A stretch of DNA of 25,050 nt, taken from the IMG/VR virus record IMGVR_UViG_2778261084_000006, positions 1-25,050 of that record; one strand, 5' to 3'. This DNA is from a virus (lineage: Duplodnaviria; Heunggongvirae; Uroviricota; Caudoviricetes). The first letter of the stretch is position 1. Every line of letters starts with the position of its first letter. The notes below the pieces were generated by a model. The model saw only the letters and a program-made list of their open reading frames with translations, had not been told where the DNA came from and made no database searches. Made by a program: the position numbers and the translations under genes. Positions 8,745 through 18,016 of the stretch are shown piece after piece.

Positions 8745-9014
8745 GTGACTAAATTTGACAAAAAAAAAGCAATTTCTATTTTAACAGAAAAAAAAGCCTT
8801 GCTCCCATGTCATCGGTGTGGAAATTCAAAGTTCATCATTTTGGATGGCATATCATCACTTCCATTAATGGAAAATATGGAAATGATTGGTAGTATTGTT
8901 GTTGGCGGAATGAATGCTCCTGTATTACATGTGGCATGTGAGAATTGTGGTGCAGTTACTTCACATTTGCTTGGGGCACTTGGTTTAATGCCGGAGATTA
9001 AATCAAATGACTAA
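8745..9014 (+). CDS. small zinc-ribbon protein (CxxC...CxxC), hypothetical cargo
   Basis: 89 aa from GTG start with ggagtg RBS; CHRCGN ... CENCGA cysteine pairs; last 8 nt overlap the next ORF. Confidence 0.6.
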   Translation: MTKFDKKKAISILTEKKALLPCHRCGNSKFIILDGISSLPLMENMEMIGSIVVGGMNAPVLHVACENCGAVTSHLLGALGLMPEIKSND

Positions 9015-9477
9015 GGATGTTTTTTTCTCTGATGAAGGTAGTGGTAAAAAAAGTGCTGTCTTGCATGGGGCGCAGGTTACAATAAACCCTGATTCGCAAT
9101 TTACAAAAAAGATAATTAGGCAGACTGAGGTTGATGTTATTGTGATAAGTGATGATAAACTTCATATAATTTTGACGAATTGCTTATCTAAAATTGCATC
9201 ATTAAACCGCTGGTCAACACCTTTGGGTATTTTAATTACCTTGGCGGTAACTATGTTAACCACAAATTTTAAGAATTTTATTCTTCAGGATTCTGTGTGG
9301 GAGGCTGTTTTCTGGATGCTTATTTTTTTTAATATTATCTGGTTGGTGAAAAACATTCCATATAGACACTTATTTTTAACTGTTTGTCATTCTATAGGGG
9401 TTCGTAAAGATAAAAAAAGAATTAGTGATGTATACCACATTATAGATATAATTAAACAAGGTGATACACGCTTTTGA
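9007..9477 (+). CDS. small membrane protein with two predicted TM helices, hypothetical cargo
   Basis: 156 aa; hydrophobic segments WSTPLGILITLAVTMLTTNF and WEAVFWMLIFFNIIWLV; start overlaps upstream stop (translational coupling); AT-rich. Confidence 0.6.
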   Translation: MTKDVFFSDEGSGKKSAVLHGAQVTINPDSQFTKKIIRQTEVDVIVISDDKLHIILTNCLSKIASLNRWSTPLGILITLAVTMLTTNFKNFILQDSVWEAVFWMLIFFNIIWLVKNIPYRHLFLTVCHSIGVRKDKKRISDVYHIIDIIKQGDTRF

Positions 9478-9510
9478 TTTAATATCAATATTTGATTGAG
9501 TATATAATAA

Positions 9511-9533
9511 AGCCGCCTGAGTTTATGGCGGCT
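9511..9533. terminator. bidirectional hairpin between convergent cargo gene and Q
   Basis: stem agccgcc / ggcggct with 9-nt loop, flanked by A/T-rich runs on both sides. Confidence 0.45.
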
Positions 9534-9553
9534 AATATAGGGTGTGTGCTAAG

Positions 9554-10573
9554 TCATAATGTGTATTTGTTGAATCTAATTATTTCTTCGCCAACCCATT
9601 CATTAAGGGCAATAAAGCGAGATTGAATAGGAGTAAGCTCATTGCGGACAAAGACCTTTGCCACTTTCTCAATATCACCCAGTGACCCGACGTTCTCCGG
9701 CTTGCCGCCCATCAACTGAAAGGGGATGCGGTGCGCGTCCAGCAGGTCAGCGGCGCTGGCTTTTTTGATATTAAAAAAATCGTCCTTCGTCGCCACTTCA
9801 CTGAGGGGGATAATTTTAATGCCGTCGGCTTTCCCCTGTGGGGCATAGAGAAACAGGTTTTTAAAGTTGTTGCGGCCTTTCGACTTGACCATGTTTTCGC
9901 GAAGCATTTCGATATCGTTGCGATCCTGCACGGCATCAGTGACGTACATGATGTATCCGGCATGAGCGCCGTTTTCGTAATACTTGCGGCGGAACAGCGT
10001 GGCCGACTCATTCAGCCAGGCAGAGTTAAGGGCGCTGAGATATTCCGGCAGGCCGTACAGCTCCTGATTAATATCGGGCTCCAGCAGGTGAAACACGGAG
10101 CCGGGCGCGAAGGCTGTCGGCTCGTTGAAGGACGGCACCCACCAGTAAACATCCTCTTCCACGCCACGACGGGTATATTTTGCCGGTGAGGTTTCCAGTC
10201 TGATGACCTTACCGGTGGTGCTGTAACGCTTTTCCAGAAACGCATTACCGAACACCAGAAAATCCAGCACAAAGCGGCTGAAATCCTGCTGGGAAAGCCA
10301 CGGATGCGGAATAAACGTTGAAGCCAGAATATTGCGTTTAACGTAAATCGGCGAGCTGTGATGCACGGCAGCACGCAGGCTTTTTGCCAGACCGGTAAAG
10401 CTGACCGGTGGCTCATACCATCTGCCGTTACTGATGCACTCGACGTAATCCAGAATGTCACGGCGGTCGAGAACCGGCACCGGCTCGCCAAAGGTGAATG
10501 CCTCCATTTTCGGGGCGCTGGCGGTCATTTTTTTTGCCGCTGGTCGCGGTGTTTTCCCTTTTTTCTTGCTCAT
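9554..10573 (-). CDS. Q: portal protein gpQ (P2-like)
   Basis: 339 aa, MSKKKGKTPRPAAKK...; Q start overlaps P stop (ATGA) as in P2. Confidence 0.9.
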   Translation of the reverse strand: MSKKKGKTPRPAAKKMTASAPKMEAFTFGEPVPVLDRRDILDYVECISNGRWYEPPVSFTGLAKSLRAAVHHSSPIYVKRNILASTFIPHPWLSQQDFSRFVLDFLVFGNAFLEKRYSTTGKVIRLETSPAKYTRRGVEEDVYWWVPSFNEPTAFAPGSVFHLLEPDINQELYGLPEYLSALNSAWLNESATLFRRKYYENGAHAGYIMYVTDAVQDRNDIEMLRENMVKSKGRNNFKNLFLYAPQGKADGIKIIPLSEVATKDDFFNIKKASAADLLDAHRIPFQLMGGKPENVGSLGDIEKVAKVFVRNELTPIQSRFIALNEWVGEEIIRFNKYTL

Positions 10574-11250
10574 CAGTAAAACTCCAGAATGGTGGATGTC
10601 AGCGGAGTGCTGATACCCGCGGTGAGTGGCTCATTTAACAGGGCGTGCATGGTCGCCCAGGCGAGGTCGGCGTGGCTGGCTTCCTCGCTGCGGCTGGCCT
10701 CATAGGTGGCGCTGCGTCCGCTGCTGGTCATGGTCTTGCGGATAGCCATAAACGAGCTGGTGATGTCGGTGGCGCTGACGTCATATTCCAGACAGCCACG
10801 GCGGATGACGTCTTTTGCCTTGAGCACCATTGCGGTTTTCATTTCCGGCGTGTAGCGGATATCGCGCGCGGCGGGATAGAACGAGCGCACGAGCTGGAAC
10901 ACGCCGACACCGAGGCCGGTGGCATCAATACCGATGTATTCAACGTTATATTTTTCGGTGAGTTTGCGGATGGATTCCGCCTGGGTGGCAAAGTCCATGC
11001 CTTTCCACTGGTGACGCTCAAGTATTCTGAATTTGCCACCGGCCACCACCGGCGGTGCCAGTACCACGCATCCGGCGCTGTCGCCACGGTGTGACGGGTC
11101 GTAACCAATCCATACCGGACGTGAGCCGAACGGATTGGCGGCAAACGGCGCATAGTCTTCCCATTCTTCCAGCGTGTCGACCATGCAGCGTTGCAGCTCC
11201 TCGACCCGAATTTTGCTACCACCATGACTAATGCGCTTGCGGGTAAGCAA
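10573..11250 (-). pseudogene. P: terminase large subunit gpP, 5'-truncated (C-terminal ~225-237 codons only)
   Basis: C-terminal nuclease-domain-like sequence (WIGYDPSHRGDSAGCVVLAPP...YIGIDATGLGVGVF); frame closed by an in-frame stop at 11287-11289; full P2 gpP is ~590 aa; upstream DNA is tail-fibre coding on the other strand. Confidence 0.8.
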
Positions 11251-12318
11251 CCGAAAGATGCCACTTTGACGGCGCTGGCGGGGCTTGCTACTGCGGCAGA
11301 CAGGTTTCCGTATTTTACGGGGAATGATGTTGCCAGCCTGGCGACCCTGACAAAAGTCGGGCGGGATATTCTGGCTAAATCGACCGTTGCCGCCGTTATC
11401 GAATATCTCGGTTTACAGGAAACGGTAAACCGAGCCGGGAACGCCGTGCAAAAAAATGGCGATACCTTGTCCGGTGGACTTACTTTTGAAAACGACTCAA
11501 TCCTTGCCTGGATTCGAAATACTGACTGGGCGAAGATTGGATTTAAAAATGATGCCGATGGTGACACTGATTCATACATGTGGTTTGAAACGGGGGATAA
11601 CGGCAATGAATATTTCAAATGGAGAAGTCGCCAGAGCACCACAACAAAAGACCTGATGAATCTTAAATGGGATGCTCTGTATGTTCTTGTTAAAGCCCTT
11701 TTCAGCAGTGAAGTAAAAATATCTACAGTCAATGCGCTGAGGATATTTAATTCATCTTTTGGTGCTATTTTTCGCCGTTCTGAAGAAAACCTGTATATCA
11801 TTCCTACACGAGAAAATGAGGGTGAAAATGGAGATATTGGGCCATTAAGGCCATTCGGCATCAACTTAAGAACAGGAGTTGTGTCTGTTGGTAATGGTGC
11901 CAGGATTGATGGCGGGCTGGCACTTGGCACGAATAACGCGTTGGGTGGGAACTCTATTGTTCTTGGTGATAACGACACCGGATTTAAACAAAATGGCGAT
12001 GGTAATCTGGATGTTTATGCTAATAACGTCCATGTTATGCGCTTTGTTTCCGGAAGCATTCAAAGTAATAAGACCATAAATATTACGGGGCGTGTTAATC
12101 CCTCGGATTACGGTAACTTTGATTCCCGCTATGTGAGAGATATCAGACTTGGCACACGTGTTGTCCAGACCATGCAGAAAGGGGTGATGTATGAGAAAGC
12201 AGGGCACGTAATTACCGGGCTTGGTATTGTCGGTGAAGTCGATGGTGATGACCCCGCAGTATTCAGGCCAATACAAAAATACATCAATGGCACATGGTAT
12301 AACGTCGCACAGGTGTAA
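11191..12318 (+). pseudogene. H: tail fibre gpH-like, 5'-truncated (C-terminal ~365 aa)
   Basis: conserved tail-fibre block NALAGKQPKDATLTALAGLATAADRFPYFTGNDVASLATL begins at ~11230; ORF opens at TTG 11191 inside P-derived DNA; followed by tail fibre assembly gene. Confidence 0.75.
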
Positions 12319-12321
12319 TTT

Positions 12322-12849
12322 ATGCAGCATTTAAAAAATATTACTGCGGGTAATCCAAAAACTGTTGCCCAATATCAACTGACAAAAAATTTTGATGTTA
12401 TCTGGTTATGGTCCGAAGAGGGAAAAAACTGGTATGAGGAAGTAAGTAATTTTCAGGAAGACACGATAAAGATTGTTTACGACGAGAATAATATAATTGT
12501 CGGCATCACCAGAGATGCTTCAACGCTTAACCCTGAAGGTTTCAGCGTTGTCGAGGTTCCTGATATTACCTCCAACCGACGTGCTGATGACTCAGGTAAA
12601 TGGATGTTTAAGGATGGTGCCGTGATTAAGCGGATTTATACGGCAGATGAACAGGAGCAACAGGCAGAATCACAAAAGGCAGCTTTACTTTCCGAAGCTG
12701 AATCCGTGATTTTGCCGCTGGAACGCGCTGTCAGGCTGAATATGGCGACGGATGAGGAACGCAGCCGACTGGAAGCATGGGAACGCTACAGCGTTCTGGT
12801 CAGTCGTGTGGATCCTGCAAATCCCGAATGGCCGGAAATGCCGCAATAA
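12322..12849 (+). CDS. G: tail fibre assembly chaperone gpG
   Basis: 175 aa, [41 protein letters not shown] ... [12 protein letters not shown]; matches my recollection of P2 gpG. Confidence 0.9.
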   Translation: MQHLKNITAGNPKTVAQYQLTKNFDVIWLWSEEGKNWYEEVSNFQEDTIKIVYDENNIIVGITRDASTLNPEGFSVVEVPDITSNRRADDSGKWMFKDGAVIKRIYTADEQEQQAESQKAALLSEAESVILPLERAVRLNMATDEERSRLEAWERYSVLVSRVDPANPEWPEMPQ

Positions 12850-13117
12850 GTTGTATGATCTCTGGTGTGAGCTTACATATCTATAGCACAGAGTAAAGCC
12901 TAATCTGACAGTCCGCTATGTGCCAAAAGCGGAAGTTGCTTCGTGCTGGGATAGGATGATTATGGAAATGTGTTCATGAGCATTTCATGACGCATGAATT
13001 GAATTATAATTCAATTAGATATACTATATTTATAATTAAAAATAGCATTGTAATATTTAAAAGATATATGTTATTGATACGCATATTTATTCTTTTAAAT
13101 TCACAAGTGAGGTTTGT

Positions 13118-14140
13118 ATGCGTAGAGTAGTAATTGACACAAATATTTTATATGCTCTGACTGGAGTTTCTGTGAATGAAAAGGTGGTAACTTCGAGTCT
13201 TAATGATTTTAAGCTATCCATAACCACCCCATCAATTATAGAGATGGTTGTTAAATTTCAATATGATTTAGATACAATAAAGAAATGCCTCGAACCTATC
13301 ATAAATGAAAGCATTGAGCTCATTAGCATAGGTCACGCCCCAATTCCGAATGAATATCTTTACATGTTACACTTCGCGAAGGAAATAGAAGAAGTTACAG
13401 ATCTCATTGATGAGATTAAAACGTTAAAAATCTCCAGGGAAGCTGAATTCTACAGGTTTATACTTATATTAGTTGTTTCTGGGTTATTTGAGGTTATTAG
13501 AGAGGATGGCTACAAATTTTGTGATGAGGCACGAAATCAAAAACAATTAATGATGGTGCGTTCTTTATTTGAGTCTAACATGGATCTAATATTAGATTAC
13601 TTTAAAGATGAAATACGTAATGGATATATGAATGGAAATGAACAACAAGCTGCCCTAGATGCTTTCCAAAGTAAAATAATCATGTTATTAAATATTTTTC
13701 ATATAAATTATCATATGATTAAAACCGATACATTTCCTTATAATGAATCCTCGGTGAACCTTGAGAACTTAATCACTAGTTTAGATAGTGATTGCTTTAA
13801 CATAAAACTTAAAAAATACATCGATAATCCTTTATTTTTTGCATCTAAAGCAAAATACAATTCGATAATAAATAATTATATGGCAGAAATGAGAAATGGA
13901 ATGCTAGATTTGAGTGGACTCACTGAGAAGTCTATGGATTTCCTATTGAATAAGATTGACAGTGCTTATAAAAATGGCAGGAAGTTGCGAAAAAATGACA
14001 TATTTGATTTCCTGATTGTTATTTCCTTAAACATGCCAGACACTTTGATTGTTACACTTGATAAAGGTTTCCTGAAAGATCTTGAACATCTTGATTATAA
14101 TAGCTACCAACTTTGTCAAAAGTTAGGCTATATAAATTGA
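13118..14140 (+). CDS. PIN-like domain protein (putative nuclease), 340 aa, cargo in G-to-FI variable locus
   Basis: N-terminus MRRVVIDTNILYAL (PIN first strand with Asp), downstream PSIIEMVVKF (second acidic), C-terminal LIVTLDKGF (PIN TxD..F-like); AT-rich; agtgagg RBS. Confidence 0.6.
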   Translation: MRRVVIDTNILYALTGVSVNEKVVTSSLNDFKLSITTPSIIEMVVKFQYDLDTIKKCLEPIINESIELISIGHAPIPNEYLYMLHFAKEIEEVTDLIDEIKTLKISREAEFYRFILILVVSGLFEVIREDGYKFCDEARNQKQLMMVRSLFESNMDLILDYFKDEIRNGYMNGNEQQAALDAFQSKIIMLLNIFHINYHMIKTDTFPYNESSVNLENLITSLDSDCFNIKLKKYIDNPLFFASKAKYNSIINNYMAEMRNGMLDLSGLTEKSMDFLLNKIDSAYKNGRKLRKNDIFDFLIVISLNMPDTLIVTLDKGFLKDLEHLDYNSYQLCQKLGYIN

Positions 14141-14348
14141 AACTTTCAGTGAATGTAATGAAACCATTACACCAACTTTTAGATGACTCTGGATAAGACA
14201 ACAGTAAGAATAATTGCAGAGGTCCTCTTTTCGCTCATAGCAGCCCTCGCGGCGCTTCAGACGGTCTGCTTCGTGCTGGAGCGGACCTAAGTGCCTAGCT
14301 ATGAGTGGCACGACAGAATACAATGTAAAATAAAATACCCTTGCAGGG

Positions 14349-15407
14349 ATGAAAATAATGATTGAACCGTTTAGTTGGGAAAATTGGAAGCAAGTATACC
14401 TACATAAAAAAAACAAGAAGCGAGTTTCTCTTGAACGATACGGATTGAGAAGTCTTCACTCTGTCGCCAGCTTGGACTTAATCGTATCAAAAGTTCATGA
14501 ATTATATTTAAAAAAACAGCAAGAAGTGGCTGTTAATGCTAAATCTGTTTGGATAGATGGAACTCCTCAGGCTAAATTCAAGAGTGTCGATGGCTCTGTC
14601 TTAAACTGCGAATTGGCGGATCTTCTGTTTATTATTCACGAGATGGATAATAAAAACAAAACAATAAATTTTCGAGCTACCTTATTACAAGGTAAGTGTT
14701 CTGAGAAACATAATTTACTCCCAAATGGACCTTCGACAGATAAAGAAAGAAAACTGCTCGAATCTATCGATCGCAATGAGTATTTGTACTTATACCCAGG
14801 CACGAGGGCATACGGAGAAAAAATAGGGAAATATAAATTAGGCGGGGAGAACATCGGATTAGCGGACTGTGCGAAATATTTAATTATGCCTAAATATGAA
14901 AGATGGAAATATAAAACACCTGATAATATATCTCCTTACGTAATTGGCTGGCCAAACAAAATATCATCCAATTATTTAACCAATGTTGTAAATTACATGG
15001 ATGTAATTCTTGAAAAAATGATTTCATCAAAGACCATGGGAAAGGAAATAAATTTAACGATGCAAAACCATATAGACAGGCAATGTGAGTGGTCAAAAAT
15101 GATTTATGATTTGTTAAATAGCTACTTACCGATAACAATGAAGGGCTATGACTCCCAACGAAGAGTATATAAGTCAAGTTTATTTGACGATAATATGTCT
15201 GCTACATTAGCATTGATTAATAATGGTCACTGTGATTTCATAAGTAAACATGCTTTTAAAGACTTGCCTAAAGGTAAGGGTAGGTTTTTATATCAACATA
15301 CATTAAATATTCTTGGGGATTACTCTAGCCCCGTTATTTCAACAATATATATCCAAATCAAACAAAAGGAAGGGGAAATATATCGTCAATCTCTTGGGGT
15401 TGATTGA
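14349..15407 (+). CDS. hypothetical protein, 352 aa, cargo
   Basis: long AT-rich ORF on same strand as the PIN-like gene; no motif recognised; alternative start at 14358. Confidence 0.6.
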   Translation: MKIMIEPFSWENWKQVYLHKKNKKRVSLERYGLRSLHSVASLDLIVSKVHELYLKKQQEVAVNAKSVWIDGTPQAKFKSVDGSVLNCELADLLFIIHEMDNKNKTINFRATLLQGKCSEKHNLLPNGPSTDKERKLLESIDRNEYLYLYPGTRAYGEKIGKYKLGGENIGLADCAKYLIMPKYERWKYKTPDNISPYVIGWPNKISSNYLTNVVNYMDVILEKMISSKTMGKEINLTMQNHIDRQCEWSKMIYDLLNSYLPITMKGYDSQRRVYKSSLFDDNMSATLALINNGHCDFISKHAFKDLPKGKGRFLYQHTLNILGDYSSPVISTIYIQIKQKEGEIYRQSLGVD

Positions 15408-15655
15408 GTTAGGAGTAACTGTTTGCTAAAGACTATATTTCCACTCTTGACGAGAATAATAAGATGCTCGGTTTTATTAGCAGAGTTATTTTAAAATTCA
15501 ATTCAGAAAGATATGATTGTGTTTAGGCTTAGGTCCACTCCTCGCTCATAGCAGACCTGATAATGTTCTGTCGATCAGTGGGTTCAAGAAAAGGACTATT
15601 AATCATCAACTATTAGTTGACCATTATCGTCATCGAAAATATTAGGTAAAAAATT

Positions 15656-15694
15656 GAGCCACAGACAAAAATATATTGAATTAACCTGTGGCTC
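15656..15694 (-). terminator. hairpin downstream of the GNAT gene (stem gagccacag / ctgtggctc, 21-nt loop)
   Basis: perfect 9-bp stem; on the minus strand it is followed by a T-run (complement of aaaaaatt); long loop lowers confidence. Confidence 0.4.
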
Positions 15695-15701
15695 TTTAAC
15701 A

Positions 15702-16352
15702 TTAGAGGTACATGCTCATCGGTATGCCTTGCCCTGCCTCAAGAGCAGCTTTACCTATCCATGTATCATGAACAACAAATCCATATTTTTCAAAATGCTT
15801 CTTGAGTGGTATGTCCGCAGCGGTAAGATATATTTCCTCAATGCCTTCTTGCTTACAATACTGTATGGCGTTTTCCAGAAGTTCGGCGAAAAGCCCAAGG
15901 CCATGATATTCTTGGAAGTCATATTTTTGAGGGATTACTGGTTCGTAGGGATTTACAAGCATTACATCAACGATCATTAAAATATTAGGGTAGGAATGTG
16001 CTAATATGAGCTCTACCGTCTCTTTATCATCCAGTTCTGGATCCTGAACCTCTCCATGTACATATAAAATATCTTTAATAACATTTTCATTTATATGTTT
16101 TGACACTTTTTTATATAGTAGCGGGTTATTAGTTTGGCATTCCCTTCCAAATATAAACTTATCTTGGTTAGGATTTGCATTGCAGAAACGGTCCCACGCT
16201 GCAATACCTATCTGAAAAAGATCATTTGGTTTATTTCTTACAAGGAATTCTATTCGCTCAATTCCATATTCTATGAATTTTACTGGATTAGTAAATTTTT
16301 TTGTTATTGATTCAGAAGGAAGTATAGCGTTTAATCTTCTCTGGTTTTCCAT
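15702..16352 (-). CDS. GNAT-family N-acetyltransferase, 216 aa, cargo
   Basis: acetyl-CoA-binding motif A region EYHGLGLFAELLENAIQYCKQEGIEEIYLTAAD and C-terminal KKHFEKYGF typical of GNAT fold; ATG with aggtg RBS; convergent with the 352-aa ORF. Confidence 0.7.
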   Translation of the reverse strand: MENQRRLNAILPSESITKKFTNPVKFIEYGIERIEFLVRNKPNDLFQIGIAAWDRFCNANPNQDKFIFGRECQTNNPLLYKKVSKHINENVIKDILYVHGEVQDPELDDKETVELILAHSYPNILMIVDVMLVNPYEPVIPQKYDFQEYHGLGLFAELLENAIQYCKQEGIEEIYLTAADIPLKKHFEKYGFVVHDTWIGKAALEAGQGIPMSMYL

Positions 16353-16693
16353 AATTCACACCTTGTAATTACCTCATGAAAATAATCTATATGTTGCACC
16401 AAGAAAGATAACATTGCCATAATTTATTAACTGGCCTATGACGCACATCAAGAATGGTCGTATCGGAATAAGGAGTAGCGGAAGATTATACCAGCAGATT
16501 TGCTACAAATATTAATAGTAGTTCTGGTGATGCTATGGGCTAGCATCACGAAAATGATGAATCATGTGTTATGCGGACACGATACTTGATCATAACGACA
16601 GCTTCTCGCTCAAAGCAGACTGTCAGATTTGATAGCGTTTTGGCTATGTAAATTGTCAGTCGGGAAATAAGTGAGTACAAATCATGACAGGCG

Positions 16694-16720
16694 GGCGGAT
16701 TGTCCGCCTTTTCTTTATCT
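16694..16720 (+). terminator. intrinsic-terminator-like hairpin plus T-tract upstream of FI
   Basis: ggcgga-ttg-tccgcc followed by ttttctttatctgttgtttc. Confidence 0.4.
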
Positions 16721-16813
16721 GTTGTTTCATCCACTGACCAGCCAGGTCAAATAGCGTCTCATGCTCTGCACAACAGAAAATACCACTCACCCATTAACCA
16801 CGGAGTTAGACGG

Positions 16814-18004
16814 ATGAGTGACTATCATCACGGCGTGCAGGTGCTGGAGATTAACGACGGCACCCGCGTCATTTCCACCGTATCCACTGCCATTGTCGGC
16901 ATGGTCTGCACGGCCAGCGATGCAGATGCGGAAACCTTCCCCCTCAATAAACCGGTGCTGATTACCAATGTGCAGAGCGCAATTGCAAAGGCCGGTAAAA
17001 AAGGCACGCTGGCGGCGTCGTTACAGGCCATCGCTGACCAGTCAAAACCGGTCACCGTTGTTGTGCGCGTGGAAGACGGCACCGGCGACGACGAAGAAAC
17101 GAAACTTGCGCAGACCGTTTCCAATATCATCGGCACCACCGACGAAAACGGTCAGTACACCGGACTGAAAGCCCTGCTGGCGGCGGAGTCGGTAACCGGT
17201 GTTAAACCGCGTATTCTCGGCGTGCCGGGACTGGATACCAAAGAGGTGGCTGTTGCACTGGCATCAGTCTGTCAGAAGCTGCGCGCTTTCGGGTATATCA
17301 GCGCATGGGGCTGTAAAACCATTTCTGAGGTGAAAGCCTACCGCCAGAATTTCAGCCAGCGTGAGCTGATGGTCATCTGGCCGGATTTCCTCGCATGGGA
17401 TACGGTCACCAGTACCACCGCCACCGCGTATGCCACTGCCCGTGCGCTGGGGCTGCGCGCTAAAATCGACCAGGAGCAGGGCTGGCATAAAACGCTGTCC
17501 AACGTTGGGGTGAACGGTGTTACCGGCATCAGTGCATCTGTATTCTGGGATTTGCAGGAGTCCGGCACCGATGCTGACCTGCTTAACGAGTCAGGCGTCA
17601 CTACGCTGATTCGCCGCGACGGTTTCCGCTTCTGGGGTAACCGTACCTGCTCTGATGACCCGCTGTTCCTCTTTGAAAACTACACCCGCACCGCGCAGGT
17701 GCTGGCCGACACGATGGCTGAGGCGCACATGTGGGCGGTGGACAAGCCCATCACCGCAACGCTGATTCGCGACATCGTTGACGGTATCAATGCCAAATTC
17801 CGTGAGCTGAAAACAAACGGCTATATCGTGGATGCGACCTGCTGGTTCAGCGAAGAATCCAACGATGCGGAAACCCTCAAGGCCGGAAAACTGTATATCG
17901 ACTACGACTATACACCGGTGCCTCCTCTCGAAAACCTGACCCTGCGCCAGCGTATTACCGATAAATACCTGGCAAATCTGGTCACCTCGGTTAACAGCAA
18001 TTAA
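16814..18004 (+). CDS. FI: tail sheath protein gpFI
   Basis: MSDYHHGVQVLEINDGTRVISTVSTAIVGMVCTASDADAETFPLNKPVLITNVQ ...; 396 aa from ATG 16814 (track ORF starts upstream at 16700). Confidence 0.95.
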   Translation: MSDYHHGVQVLEINDGTRVISTVSTAIVGMVCTASDADAETFPLNKPVLITNVQSAIAKAGKKGTLAASLQAIADQSKPVTVVVRVEDGTGDDEETKLAQTVSNIIGTTDENGQYTGLKALLAAESVTGVKPRILGVPGLDTKEVAVALASVCQKLRAFGYISAWGCKTISEVKAYRQNFSQRELMVIWPDFLAWDTVTSTTATAYATARALGLRAKIDQEQGWHKTLSNVGVNGVTGISASVFWDLQESGTDADLLNESGVTTLIRRDGFRFWGNRTCSDDPLFLFENYTRTAQVLADTMAEAHMWAVDKPITATLIRDIVDGINAKFRELKTNGYIVDATCWFSEESNDAETLKAGKLYIDYDYTPVPPLENLTLRQRITDKYLANLVTSVNSN

Positions 18005-18016
18005 GGAGCCTGACCG

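Noticed and set aside
10839-11978. 379-aa minus-strand ORF across the P/H junction
   Set aside because: Antisense to the tail-fibre coding sequence; Pro/Ser/Arg-rich low-complexity translation typical of a GC-rich antisense frame.
14228-14310. Interpretation of the 14.2-kb spacer as a structured ncRNA gene
   Set aside because: Its complementary segments are interleaved rather than nested and there is no clear promoter or terminator; reported only as a repeat-containing spacer.
16720-16813. Canonical Ogr-dependent late promoter (TGT-N12-ACA dyad) upstream of FI
   Set aside because: No exact dyad found by eye in this interval; left as an open question rather than annotated.
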